DNA of 63,738 nt, filler included, from Candidatus Fermentibacterota bacterium (GTDB lineage Bacteria > JAFGKV01), in NCBI GenBank assembly GCA_016928395.1. It is 8 parts of 8 records of this genome, joined end to end, with 100 filler letters (N's around TTAATTAATTAA, not from the genome) between each part and the next. Parts side by side here need not be neighbours in the genome. Positions count along the whole stretch, not along the records: positions 17,247 to 22,473 come from JAFGKV010000226.1; positions 22,574 to 32,351 come from JAFGKV010000227.1; 6 more parts are not named here. The stretch is one strand, 5' to 3'. A program made the position numbers and the translations under genes. This document shows, one piece after another, positions 18,522 to 27,652 of the stretch (its first letter is position 1; every line of letters begins with the position of its first letter). The notes under the pieces are model-generated. The model saw only the letters and a program-made list of their open reading frames with translations. It did no database searches and had not been told where the DNA came from.

Positions 18522-20288
18522 CTACGGGATATCCCCCGCATAGTCCCATTCGCCGAATCGGTTCGAAATCGTGACTACCTGGCCGTACCAGCCGATGCCT
18601 GCCACGAGGTAGGTCCAATTCCAATCAGCATCTCCGATCCCGTACGGGTAGCCGGTAGTGGTTGTTCCAGCTGGATACACGTCGATCCGATGGGCATATG
18701 GGGGCACGAACTCGGGCACGAAGTACGGATTCTGAGCCGCGCCGTACGTCCAATACTCAACTACGCCAGGAAACTCCGTCCAACCCAACTCCAAGATGCC
18801 AGGAGCAATCGCGCCAGCGAGCCCGATCCCGGGGCCGATACGCGCCACCTGGCTGAACTCCGAGGTATTGCCCGAAGGATCGGTGGCAGTCGCCGTGATG
18901 GTGTGCCCCTGGAGAACAGGTGGATCGAAGAATACGGTGAACGCGGCGTCTCCCGAGCCATCGGTCGTCCACGAGGCCCAGCCGAGGTAGGTTTCGCCTT
19001 CACCGAACCCCGTATCGTCCAGGCCCTCGTTGGAGAAGAACTCGAAGTGGAATGTGGTGCTCGGCGTGCTGTTGAGGTATACATCGACCAACGTCAGCGG
19101 TGGTCCTGGATCATTGATGGCGAGGATGGGGTGGTTCTGAAGGTTGTTGCAGCCCGTGTCGCCATCGTCAGGATCGTTCGGGGTAGGGTCAGTGCCGGCG
19201 AGGCTGATGCCGAGACCCCCGTTCGATCGGATGGAGTTTGAGAGGAAGGTGTTGCCGACGCAGCTCGCGCCGAAGCCCGCGATGCCGTGCCCGCCATTGT
19301 GCCCGATCAGATTCCCCTCGCCCTCTATTAGGCCTCCGATCCGGTTGTTCTCGATGTTCTCTCCGAGGAACAGAATGCCGGGGCCACCATTGCCCAGCGG
19401 TTCGCCGAAGGCGTTGACACCGATGGAGTTACCCTGAATCTCGTTATGTTCGGCGTTGTCCAGCAAATCGATTCCCCGTCCGAAGTTGCCCGCAATGACA
19501 TTGCGGGCTCCCTCGATCGCTCCCCCGACCGTGTTGTCGTGGCACGAATTCAGGCATATGCCGTTGATGCCGTTGCCGAGGGCGGATGATCCCGACGCAT
19601 CAGTCCCGATGTAGTTGCCGAGAACGACATTGCCCGCAGATGCGCTCCCGGCAATCCAGACACCATAGTTGACTCCCCCCGAGATGACGTTTCGTTGGCC
19701 AGCCGCGACACCTCCGACCGAGTTGTTCCACGCATTCAGGAGCAGAACCCCCTCAATCTGATTCCCTGCGGCCGCAGTGCCGGAGACATCTGTGCCGATG
19801 TGGTTTCCCTCGATCAGTGCGCCCCCCGCGTTCTCAATGTAGATCCCACTCTTACCGAAGTTGCCGATGGCCAGTCCGCGTGCGACGCAACCGCCGGCCA
19901 TGATCTTAAAACCACTGGCACTGAAGCCGGCCTGCGAGCCGTCCAGCATGATCATGAGCGTTGCCGGAGTCATCCCGGAGGCGGGTGATGACCCTGCCTG
20001 CGTGTAGCCGTCGATGGTCAGCGTGTCGGCGATGGTCGGTAGTGCGGAGAGAGGCTGAATGGTATGAGGACCGGTACCCGAGATGGCGAAGATGATCTGG
20101 TCCGCTCCGGGATTGGCATTGGCTGCGGTGATCTGATTTCGCAATGTGCCTGCCCCGCCATCGGCAGTGCTGCTGACCACGTAGATCGTGGCTCGGCTTG
20201 GGGGTGCTACAAGGAACATGAGGCTGATGCTAAGCCATGGTGCGAATGCACGCCGGGAGCAGTGGCAAAGAGGGAATCTCTGTGTCAT
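18522..20288 (-). CDS. Secreted right-handed beta-helix repeat protein with FN3-like C-terminal module
   Basis: Signal peptide; TADGGAGTLR, repeated GNxIGTDxSG / RNVISG units, GNTSEFS. Confidence 0.8.
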   Translation of the reverse strand: MTQRFPLCHCSRRAFAPWLSISLMFLVAPPSRATIYVVSSTADGGAGTLRNQITAANANPGADQIIFAISGTGPHTIQPLSALPTIADTLTIDGYTQAGSSPASGMTPATLMIMLDGSQAGFSASGFKIMAGGCVARGLAIGNFGKSGIYIENAGGALIEGNHIGTDVSGTAAAGNQIEGVLLLNAWNNSVGGVAAGQRNVISGGVNYGVWIAGSASAGNVVLGNYIGTDASGSSALGNGINGICLNSCHDNTVGGAIEGARNVIAGNFGRGIDLLDNAEHNEIQGNSIGVNAFGEPLGNGGPGILFLGENIENNRIGGLIEGEGNLIGHNGGHGIAGFGASCVGNTFLSNSIRSNGGLGISLAGTDPTPNDPDDGDTGCNNLQNHPILAINDPGPPLTLVDVYLNSTPSTTFHFEFFSNEGLDDTGFGEGETYLGWASWTTDGSGDAAFTVFFDPPVLQGHTITATATDPSGNTSEFSQVARIGPGIGLAGAIAPGILELGWTEFPGVVEYWTYGAAQNPYFVPEFVPPYAHRIDVYPAGTTTTGYPYGIGDADWNWTYLVAGIGWYGQVVTISNRFGEWDYAGDIP

Positions 20289-21131
20289 GGCAATCTCCTA
20301 TGGAGTGAGGGTGTGGGCGGGGAGGCCATGGAGGCTGCTGCTCGGTATCTGCGACGCCACTAACGGCGTGTGGGGAATCTGCGGGAATGGGGAGGATGCG
20401 GAGAATCGATGGAGAGCGACCAATAGATCCACGCGAGTTGTCGCGTCCCACCGGAAGCATTGAAGCCGGCTGACGAGCGTGCGGGAGTTGATGGTGGATC
20501 CATGACACACCCACGGTAGCGGTAGCAGGGCCCCAGTGAACGGCGCACGACTCAACCAATGGGCCTCGTGCCTTCCGGTCAAGCGGCCCTGGCGCAGAAG
20601 AGCACCGGTAGGAACGTGGGAGTGTCAGGGGGACTCATCGTCTGACGCGATTTTTAGGCCGTTCCGCCGCAGGCATGAGGGCGATCTGCCCTCCGGCAAG
20701 CGTCAAGGCGATTGCCCAGCCGAAGGGTCCAGCAACCGCACGATTGCTTCGAGCCGATGCTGACCCGCGTCGACGCGATGAGTCGCAAGGCAATCCGCGG
20801 GCCGCACCCAACCACGGGATTCCTCGTTCTGAAAACCGGAGAATGTGTGGCTTCCGTTGAATGCGAGGCTCTCATCGACACTGAGTGCCAGCTCGTCGCT
20901 GAAGCCGACATGAGGCATCAACGTCCACCCACGTAGGTACGTCTTACGTCCACCACCCTGTTCAGCATTCGACGCCGTGCGCTTGCTCAGGTCACCAGAG
21001 CCGACCAATCCATAGAGAATTCATTACGTCTTGGATGTACCCAGACTATCTCTCATACGCACCGCTGGATGCGGAATCCGGAACGCGAGGCGCTCCTCCG
21101 CCCCGAACGACACTGCGCTATCGTGCGCGCG

Positions 21132-22079
21132 CTACCGTGCTCGCGATTGGTGCGTGATAGCGACTGCCATGCCTTCAACGAAGGAGAGCACTGCTCGCCT
21201 TGACCATTCCGCGTCGTGCACGGACGGGTCTCCCGCGTAGCCCAGAGGGGTGACCACGCGTGCATCCTGCCCCCACGCGCGATATCTGTCCTCCTCCACG
21301 TGAGGCGGGGAGAGCGTGCGGGCTTGCGCCGTGTCCACGAGCCCGGGGAGGAAGGCCGCCATGTCCCCAGTTTCCTCCGCGCCGGCGTGAAATTCGGGGC
21401 CGGAGACCACGGGGCCGCCCGGTGGAGGCTCGAACTGAACAAGCGTGACGTAGTCCTCGTTACCGTTCAGACCGTGGCGCCGTGCTAGTCTGTCAGACAT
21501 GACCATTCGCGCACACATCCCTGGAGACTGCCGTCCCTCGCGGGCTACGTCGATCAGCACTTCGTTGTGTCCCCACTCGCCGTGGAGATTCACCAGGTAA
21601 GCCTCACGAAAGCCCCAGCTCTTCAGGTTAGCCAGGATCTCCGTGAGCACGGCCTTCATGGTTTCCGGGGTCGTGTCGAATGAACCTGGAAAGCGTCGCG
21701 TGCTGGTGTTCACGCCCCAGTAGAACGGCGGGGCGACGACAGCAGGCAGGCCGCGCGCTCGGAGCCCCTGGGCAGCGAGCTGGCAGTACACGCACGCCTG
21801 GTAGATGTCTGCTCCACAGGCGATGTGGGGCCCATGCTCTTCGATCACGCCTACCGGGATGAGTACGACCGCGCCCGCCTGCGCCGCCTCTTCAATCTCA
21901 GGCCATTTCATGTCGGCCATCGTCCCGGCGAAGACCGAGTATCCGCCCTCTATGCATCGCTCCGGTGGCGCCGGCAAATGGCGCGGCGATTCCGCCCGCA
22001 CGCCAGGAATCGATCCCAGAGCAGCGACTGTCAATGTGGCCAGGGCTGTGGTGAGTAGTCTGTCAAACGGGACGCGCAT
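21132..22079 (-). CDS. Creatininase/creatinine amidohydrolase family protein with N-terminal signal-like sequence
   Basis: PVGVIEEHGPH, GAD, NLHG, HAGAEET metal-binding motifs. Confidence 0.85.
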   Translation of the reverse strand: MRVPFDRLLTTALATLTVAALGSIPGVRAESPRHLPAPPERCIEGGYSVFAGTMADMKWPEIEEAAQAGAVVLIPVGVIEEHGPHIACGADIYQACVYCQLAAQGLRARGLPAVVAPPFYWGVNTSTRRFPGSFDTTPETMKAVLTEILANLKSWGFREAYLVNLHGEWGHNEVLIDVAREGRQSPGMCARMVMSDRLARRHGLNGNEDYVTLVQFEPPPGGPVVSGPEFHAGAEETGDMAAFLPGLVDTAQARTLSPPHVEEDRYRAWGQDARVVTPLGYAGDPSVHDAEWSRRAVLSFVEGMAVAITHQSRAR

Positions 22080-22615
22080 GTGAAAGCCTCCTCGGTTCGG
22101 GATAGCGCCGTGTGCAGCGAACCGGGCACGGACCGAGCAATTGCAGCGATCAGAGCGGATCAACGTCCAGATCGCGCGGGACCGGCCCGGCTTCATCAGG
22201 TGAAGCGCCGCCCTCGCCAAGAAGGTTCAGATTGTGGGCAACGAGTCGGTAGCAAGCCGAGCAGATCGGTCTCGAGCTGTAGGCGAAGTATCAAGTTGCT
22301 GGCGGAAAGAGCCACCCACATGAGAATTCATGGCCTGGCAAAGCGTGCTGACAGCATTCGCCGACCATGCGTACCGGGCGGGCCGCGGACTGGGCGCCTT
22401 GACAGGCGGGAGCCGAGGCTCTTCCTTCGGTTCATCCCCTTCGGAGAGATACCTTCACCAGGGCAGTGATGGANNNNNNNNNNNNNNNNNNNNNNNNNNN
22501 NNNNNNNNNNNNNNNNNTTAATTAATTAANNNNNNNNNNNNNNNNNNNNNNNNNNNNNNNNNNNNNNNNNNNNCCTGGATTGCCCGATCGAGTCGGGCAA
22601 TGACGGGGGAGGTGT

Positions 22616-22894
22616 GGAAGTTTCACGATGTATCGTCCGGGCGGGCCCGGGGCCCCCACTCGTTTGAGAGTACATCTACGCACTCGTACTCAAAGGCACG
22701 CCTCTCGAGAGCGATACCGATACCGACTACGAGCCCCGCCCTCCCGCGGGCGACCAGAGACGGTCGCCCCTACGACGGCAACGGTTTCTCGGAGCGCTGG
22801 GCGGGCCTGATAGCTGACAGCCGATAGCCAACTGCCAGCCGTACTCTCCACCTCGAAAAACCTGGGTGCTCTCGCATCCAGAGGCCTTACTGAC
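22616..22894 (+). repeat. Composite intergenic repeat, copy 2
   Basis: Arms match 34-286; centre holds a GTAG-type REP hairpin. Confidence 0.9.
22747..22773 (-). repeat. GTAG-family REP palindrome GTAGGGGCGACCGTCTCTGGTCGCCCG
   Basis: GTAG foot plus GGGCGACC/GGTCGCCC stem. Confidence 0.75.
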
Positions 22895-22992
22895 GACTAA
22901 GGACTGCTCGCGAAGCGAGGCCCGCAGACCGGCCGAACCTAGACCCCTGAACCCTGTACACCTGACACCCTTTCGCAGGGCAGGGCACCACA

Positions 22993-23022
22993 ACGCAGAG
23001 CCGCAACGAGGCGGCTCTGCGT
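22993..23022 (-). terminator. Hairpin downstream of tRNA-Arg
   Basis: Perfect 12-bp stem ACGCAGAGCCGC/GCGGCTCTGCGT; weak U-tract. Confidence 0.55.
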
Positions 23023-23029
23023 GGAGAAG

Positions 23030-23107
23030 TGGTACGCCCGGCGCGATTCGAACGCGCGGCCTTCAGATCCGGAGTCTGACGCTCTATCCAAACTGAGCTA
23101 CGGGCGC
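23030..23107 (-). tRNA. tRNA-Arg(CCG)
   Basis: Cloverleaf: acceptor GCGCCCG/CGGGCGT, anticodon arm TCAGA-CTCCGGA-TCTGA, GTTCGAAT T-loop, encoded CCA. Confidence 0.97.
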
Positions 23108-23144
23108 CCCTGCCAAAAGGAACAGCAGCAACATAGCAGAATCC

Positions 23145-23179
23145 CGCGGAGCGGAGTTCCCAAGGGCCTCCGCTCCGCG
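23145..23179 (-). terminator. Hairpin after the HU-small peptide operon
   Basis: 12-bp stem CGCGGAGCGGAG/CTCCGCTCCGCG. Confidence 0.5.
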
Positions 23180-23189
23180 TGATCAAACT

Positions 23190-23285
23190 CTACCGGAGCT
23201 TCTTCTTATGTCTGTCTGCCCGGCGGCGCTTCTTCCTCTTGTGCGTGGCTATCTTGTGGCGTTTCCGCTTCTTGCCACTCGGCAT
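23190..23285 (-). CDS. 31-aa basic peptide, bS22-like small ribosomal protein (not in ORF track)
   Basis: MPSGKKRKRHKIATHKRKKRRRADRHKKKLR; ATG directly abuts the HU stop codon. Confidence 0.8.
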   Translation of the reverse strand: MPSGKKRKRHKIATHKRKKRRRADRHKKKLR

Positions 23286-23564
23286 CTACTTCTTGTCCAC
23301 CGTGTCACGAAGGTGCTTGGACGGGCGGAACGCGGGAACCATGCGCTTCTTGACCTTCACGGTGGCGCCGGTCTTCGGGTTGCGGGCCGTCCGTGCGGCG
23401 CGCTCGCGACGCAGGAAGCTCCCAAAGCCTCTGATCTCAACACTCTTGCCCTTGGCCAGGGAGGCGGAGACGATGTCAACGAACCCCTCCAAGACACCAC
23501 CGACATCCTTCTTCGTCAGCCCGGTCTTGTCAGCCAGGGCATCGATCAGGTCGGTCTTGGTCAT
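23286..23564 (-). CDS. hup: HU family DNA-binding protein
   Basis: MTKTDLI, GFGSF, RTARNPKTG, PAFRPSK. Confidence 0.95.
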   Translation of the reverse strand: MTKTDLIDALADKTGLTKKDVGGVLEGFVDIVSASLAKGKSVEIRGFGSFLRRERAARTARNPKTGATVKVKKRMVPAFRPSKHLRDTVDKK

Positions 23565-23711
23565 AGCAGCCTCTCCTCTCGATGAAGAACCCCTACACAC
23601 TACGGCCGGGTGCCTGCCTCCCGCCCATCGGGCTCGCAGGACCACCGTCCACTACAAATACCTTGCGCAACAAGAGCTACTCCCCGCCGAATGTCAAGTC
23701 CTTGTTAAGGA

Positions 23712-25490
23712 TCACTCCGAAGAGGGCAGGATGAAGACCGAGGACTCCCTGCGGCGACCTTCCTCAGCCATCATGCGACGCACCGCCAGGATCCCTTCAC
23801 CATCAAGCCATCCGGCATCTAAGCGGCAGAATCTCCGCATGCGTATCAACTCCGGCGTGTGCACGGTTGCGGCCCTGAGACTGCCGATATCCGTGGTGAT
23901 GGCAAGCGAATCAGAACTGCATATCACCTCAAGCTCCTCGCTGCGGGCGATACGAAGCTCGCTGATCAGTTCAACGTCAGCCGGGATGAGCACCGGCACT
24001 CGAGGAATTACGTCAGACGCCGCGACACCGGCAGGAACCCAGTCACTGCCAAACCATGCCTCCATGCACTGATCGATGAGTATCCCTTCTCCCACGGGCA
24101 TGGCGCCCTCGAATCGATACCTCAGGTCATCATCGCAGATTCTCTCGCATACGAACGCCAAAGTGGCGCCCTTCACGATCCGCTTCAGCCGAGGACCAAG
24201 CCACCCGTCGGGGGCGGCGCGGTCAACACCGTCCGGAACGAGCGAAGCCGACACGGTGATGGATCCCCGCACCCGCATGCTATCCGCGCCACTCTTCGCC
24301 AGCGTCAGCACGGCGTGACCGCGACGGATCACCGGATCGGCACCTCGCACCGGATCACCCCCCACGGTGAGGGGAAGAAACCCGAACGGCCCGGCGACGC
24401 GGGGCAACTGGCGCGGCTCGGTCAGGTTCAACCACCGCGGAACCGACTCGCGCACCCTGACCCATGCTTCAGGCAAGAGGCTGGTCACTGGGGGCATCCC
24501 GGCGGGCAGAGCGTCTCCCACGAGGCAGACAACCGCATCATATCCGGCGCTACGGGCCGATACCGCCACAAGCCAGGCCGCTTCCAGAGGCTCCGCATAC
24601 CCCGAGGCGTACACTCTGGAAGGATCGCGGCAGGTCCAGAACCGCCGGTCTGGCGCAGGAACCAGGTGCACAGCCGCCCTCGCGACATCGACCACGACCT
24701 TCAACGTCTCATCGCGGGTCACGGCAGTACGCAAACCCACCCCCAGGCTTTCTGCTGCCTCCCGGGCCCAGAGGCTGTCCTCAGGGAGCCGACCTGCCCA
24801 CCAACCTGCAAGCTCGGGCCAGCTCGGGCAGGTCGATAGTACCAGGCGGGGCTCCACCGTGTGTCCCGAGGGTCCCCTCTTCGAGGGGTAGGCCGGCAGG
24901 TCATTGAAGTGCCACGACGACGCACTGGCGTCGGTCCCCAGCGAGCAGCCCTGAGCATTGCAGAGTGCCCACGCCAGAGGCTGTGATCCATGATTGTCCA
25001 CGGTGATCATGCGTCGGAGTACCGGATGGATGTCGCCGAGGGGAATCACCGCCTCGTACCACGGCAACAGCGTGGAATCCACCACCTCGTATTCCACCAC
25101 GATCTCCACTCCCTCCTCAACCCCGGGCGGGCTCACCACCAGCTCCCTGCACGAGACGAAATCCGGGGCCGTGCCATAGGCGCCCGGCGTCACGAGATTG
25201 AAGGCGTGAGGTTGGGCCTGCACCTCCGTGCCATCGCTGCGCAGGGCGGCACATCGGATAACACGCACTGTCTGATGCGGTATGACGTACCCGATACGAA
25301 AGTCGGAATAGTCTTCACGCCCGACAATGGAAAGCGGCCGTGTCACGCGCCGATGCCACGTGATGGAGCGGCCATCGGACAGAATCGACACGCGGGTTTC
25401 GTGCTCAACAATCACCACGTCATCCTCGGGAAACCGCGCCTGCCACGGGTCAGCGGCGCCCACTATCAGCAGGAGAACCCACGCGATCAT
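23712..25490 (-). CDS. Exported DUF3857-domain protein with degenerate transglutaminase-like region
   Basis: Signal peptide; DUF3857-like N-terminus (PGVEEG..VEYE); GYAEPLE where GxC is expected. Confidence 0.7.
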   Translation of the reverse strand: MIAWVLLLIVGAADPWQARFPEDDVVIVEHETRVSILSDGRSITWHRRVTRPLSIVGREDYSDFRIGYVIPHQTVRVIRCAALRSDGTEVQAQPHAFNLVTPGAYGTAPDFVSCRELVVSPPGVEEGVEIVVEYEVVDSTLLPWYEAVIPLGDIHPVLRRMITVDNHGSQPLAWALCNAQGCSLGTDASASSWHFNDLPAYPSKRGPSGHTVEPRLVLSTCPSWPELAGWWAGRLPEDSLWAREAAESLGVGLRTAVTRDETLKVVVDVARAAVHLVPAPDRRFWTCRDPSRVYASGYAEPLEAAWLVAVSARSAGYDAVVCLVGDALPAGMPPVTSLLPEAWVRVRESVPRWLNLTEPRQLPRVAGPFGFLPLTVGGDPVRGADPVIRRGHAVLTLAKSGADSMRVRGSITVSASLVPDGVDRAAPDGWLGPRLKRIVKGATLAFVCERICDDDLRYRFEGAMPVGEGILIDQCMEAWFGSDWVPAGVAASDVIPRVPVLIPADVELISELRIARSEELEVICSSDSLAITTDIGSLRAATVHTPELIRMRRFCRLDAGWLDGEGILAVRRMMAEEGRRRESSVFILPSSE

Positions 25491-27433
25491 CGTCTATTCC
25501 TCCCGGTGGTGCACATCACGCGCTTCGCGGCCCGGCCGGTGAGCATGGACGATGCCTCCGCCACGGCCTTGAACTCTTCGGGAGTTAAGTAGCGGTTCAT
25601 TATCCTGCCCTCCACCGTGGTGCGAAAAATCCGTCCGTTGATCGCCGTCTTCAGGGAGAGGCGAACCGGTCCCCGATCGAACGAGATCGCTGCCGTGTCG
25701 GGATTCACCGGAGAGTATCCTCTGGGGAGCCGAAGGGCCTCCGAGGCATCCTCCCAGCGGGTGGCCCAGATCAACGCCGGATTCTGCCGGGCTCCTTCGC
25801 GGGCGTAGCGTGAGAGTGCCGAGAGCTTGGCCCCTTCCGTGAGCAGGGCCAGAAGCGGCTGCCTGAACACGAGAGCACGCCCATCAACCAGGGCGTAGCC
25901 CGGAGCCTCGAACTCAATCCTCAGCCGGAAGGGCTTCCATAGATCGTCGGGGTCAGAGTGGGTGACCCCGGTAATCCGTACCGACGAGCCCAAACCTCTC
26001 AGATAGGAGGCGAACAGGGCGTCGCGCTCCGCCGGACGCCGGTACGCCAACTGACGGCGGTAGTTGGTCTCGTAGTTGCCTAGAGGCTCGATGAGAAACA
26101 CACCCGACAGGTCGCCACGTTCAGACACGCCGCACTCGAGACGCCACGACACGCGGTTGTCCTCGTCGAACAGGGGCATCTGCATCAGCGTGCCGCCTTC
26201 AGGCGATCCGATGACATAATGCTGATGGCCTTCCGAGCGGGACCAGTGGTAGGCGGAGTATGCGCACCATGTCGGATCCAGCATGAAGAACGATCCGTCC
26301 GAACGGCGCACCGCGACGACGCAGTGGTTGAACTGGTCGGCCGGGATGTCCTCCACTCTGGCCCCGGCCATGGTCATTACCGGATAGGTTTCGTATCCCG
26401 CTACCCTGAGCATTGCGACCAGCATGCCGGCCAAGTCCTTGCAGACACCGGAGCGCTCGGAGAAGATCATCTCCGCAGGGTGCAACGTGTACCCTTCGCC
26501 CTCACCCATGGAGAGCCCGGAGTACCGAATATGCGTCGCCACCCATTGTTGGAGGGCAAGGAACCGGTCCTCGTCCCGGCTGAATGCGTTGATAAGGGCG
26601 TGCGTCCGTTCGGCGATGGCTTCCGTGGGGGCGAATTGGCCTTCATTGGTCTCGTGAAACCATCGGGCACGAGCCGGCCAATTCTCCAGTGTGGAGAGCA
26701 CGACCTTGGGAAGAAAATCCGATGCATCCGCCGAGAATGCTTCCCGTGGTACGGCAGGGAGATCTCTGGCGGTCCAGGTATAGACGAGATGTGCGCCTCG
26801 GAAACGGACTGAGTCGTTCAGATCACCATTGTACTCGGCAAACTGCACGGGTTTGCCCCGAGGCATGATGAGCTGGTAGGTCTTCTCCAACACCGGATGC
26901 CCTTCGCCAAACACCACCACATCGTAGAATTCGCCCTCCTGGGGCGGCACAAACTGTGTCGAGGGAATCTCACCAGCCAGATAGGCGATCTGGTAGCCGA
27001 CGCGATGCGTCCACACCTCCAGCGCCTCGCCTGGTCGCAGCATGCCCATGTCATACAGCCGCATCCGTGCCCCCCAGTAGATGCCATCGGCCGGCGCTTC
27101 CGTGTCAACACACTCATCCAGGTTGACGAAGCGGCTCGTGCCGTCGCTTCCGTGCACTATCGCCTTGACGATGCGATGGTCATTGGCGCGGGAGTCATAG
27201 TCGACCCGCTGCACCCGGGCAGCCCGGGCCTCATCGGCGTCGAGATACGTGATCAGGGTGTGGCGGCGAAAGTGGCCCCTGCCGCTGTCTTCGACCTCCA
27301 CGAGAGTGCTGTCAAATACCACGACGGCCTCGGCGCCCGCCGCGCGACCGACGCTGTCGGCCCGCAGGCACGCCGTGCGCACAGCATCCGGAGTAGGATC
27401 TGCAACCAGGAGAAGCAGCAGCACATGCAGCAT
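25487..27433 (-). CDS. Exported DUF3857 + transglutaminase-like protein
   Basis: IRYSG, GVCKD (Cys), FNHC (His), LDPT (Asp) triad. Confidence 0.85.
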   Translation of the reverse strand: MLHVLLLLLVADPTPDAVRTACLRADSVGRAAGAEAVVVFDSTLVEVEDSGRGHFRRHTLITYLDADEARAARVQRVDYDSRANDHRIVKAIVHGSDGTSRFVNLDECVDTEAPADGIYWGARMRLYDMGMLRPGEALEVWTHRVGYQIAYLAGEIPSTQFVPPQEGEFYDVVVFGEGHPVLEKTYQLIMPRGKPVQFAEYNGDLNDSVRFRGAHLVYTWTARDLPAVPREAFSADASDFLPKVVLSTLENWPARARWFHETNEGQFAPTEAIAERTHALINAFSRDEDRFLALQQWVATHIRYSGLSMGEGEGYTLHPAEMIFSERSGVCKDLAGMLVAMLRVAGYETYPVMTMAGARVEDIPADQFNHCVVAVRRSDGSFFMLDPTWCAYSAYHWSRSEGHQHYVIGSPEGGTLMQMPLFDEDNRVSWRLECGVSERGDLSGVFLIEPLGNYETNYRRQLAYRRPAERDALFASYLRGLGSSVRITGVTHSDPDDLWKPFRLRIEFEAPGYALVDGRALVFRQPLLALLTEGAKLSALSRYAREGARQNPALIWATRWEDASEALRLPRGYSPVNPDTAAISFDRGPVRLSLKTAINGRIFRTTVEGRIMNRYLTPEEFKAVAEASSMLTGRAAKRVMCTTGRNRR

Positions 27434-27652
27434 AAAATCCCCTTCCTTCGAGACTTCCTTGTGCGGTGGCAGGGTTCAGGGTTCTATCCGACGGCAGCAT
27501 CCCTTCTTCTGCCCATCGCTATCGAAATCGCTCTCGAATCAACGCACCACGGTCGACCCCGATACCGAGAGCGACAACGAGCCCCCTCCCCGCCCCACCA
27601 GGCACCACTGGCCGTTCCTAGAGCTATCATTCGGCGCAGAGTCAGTCATCCC

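Noticed and set aside
20650-20940. Faint resemblance to an IS605/TnpB right end, plus short ORFs
   Set aside because: No RuvC or zinc-finger motifs and no clear subterminal hairpin; too weak to call
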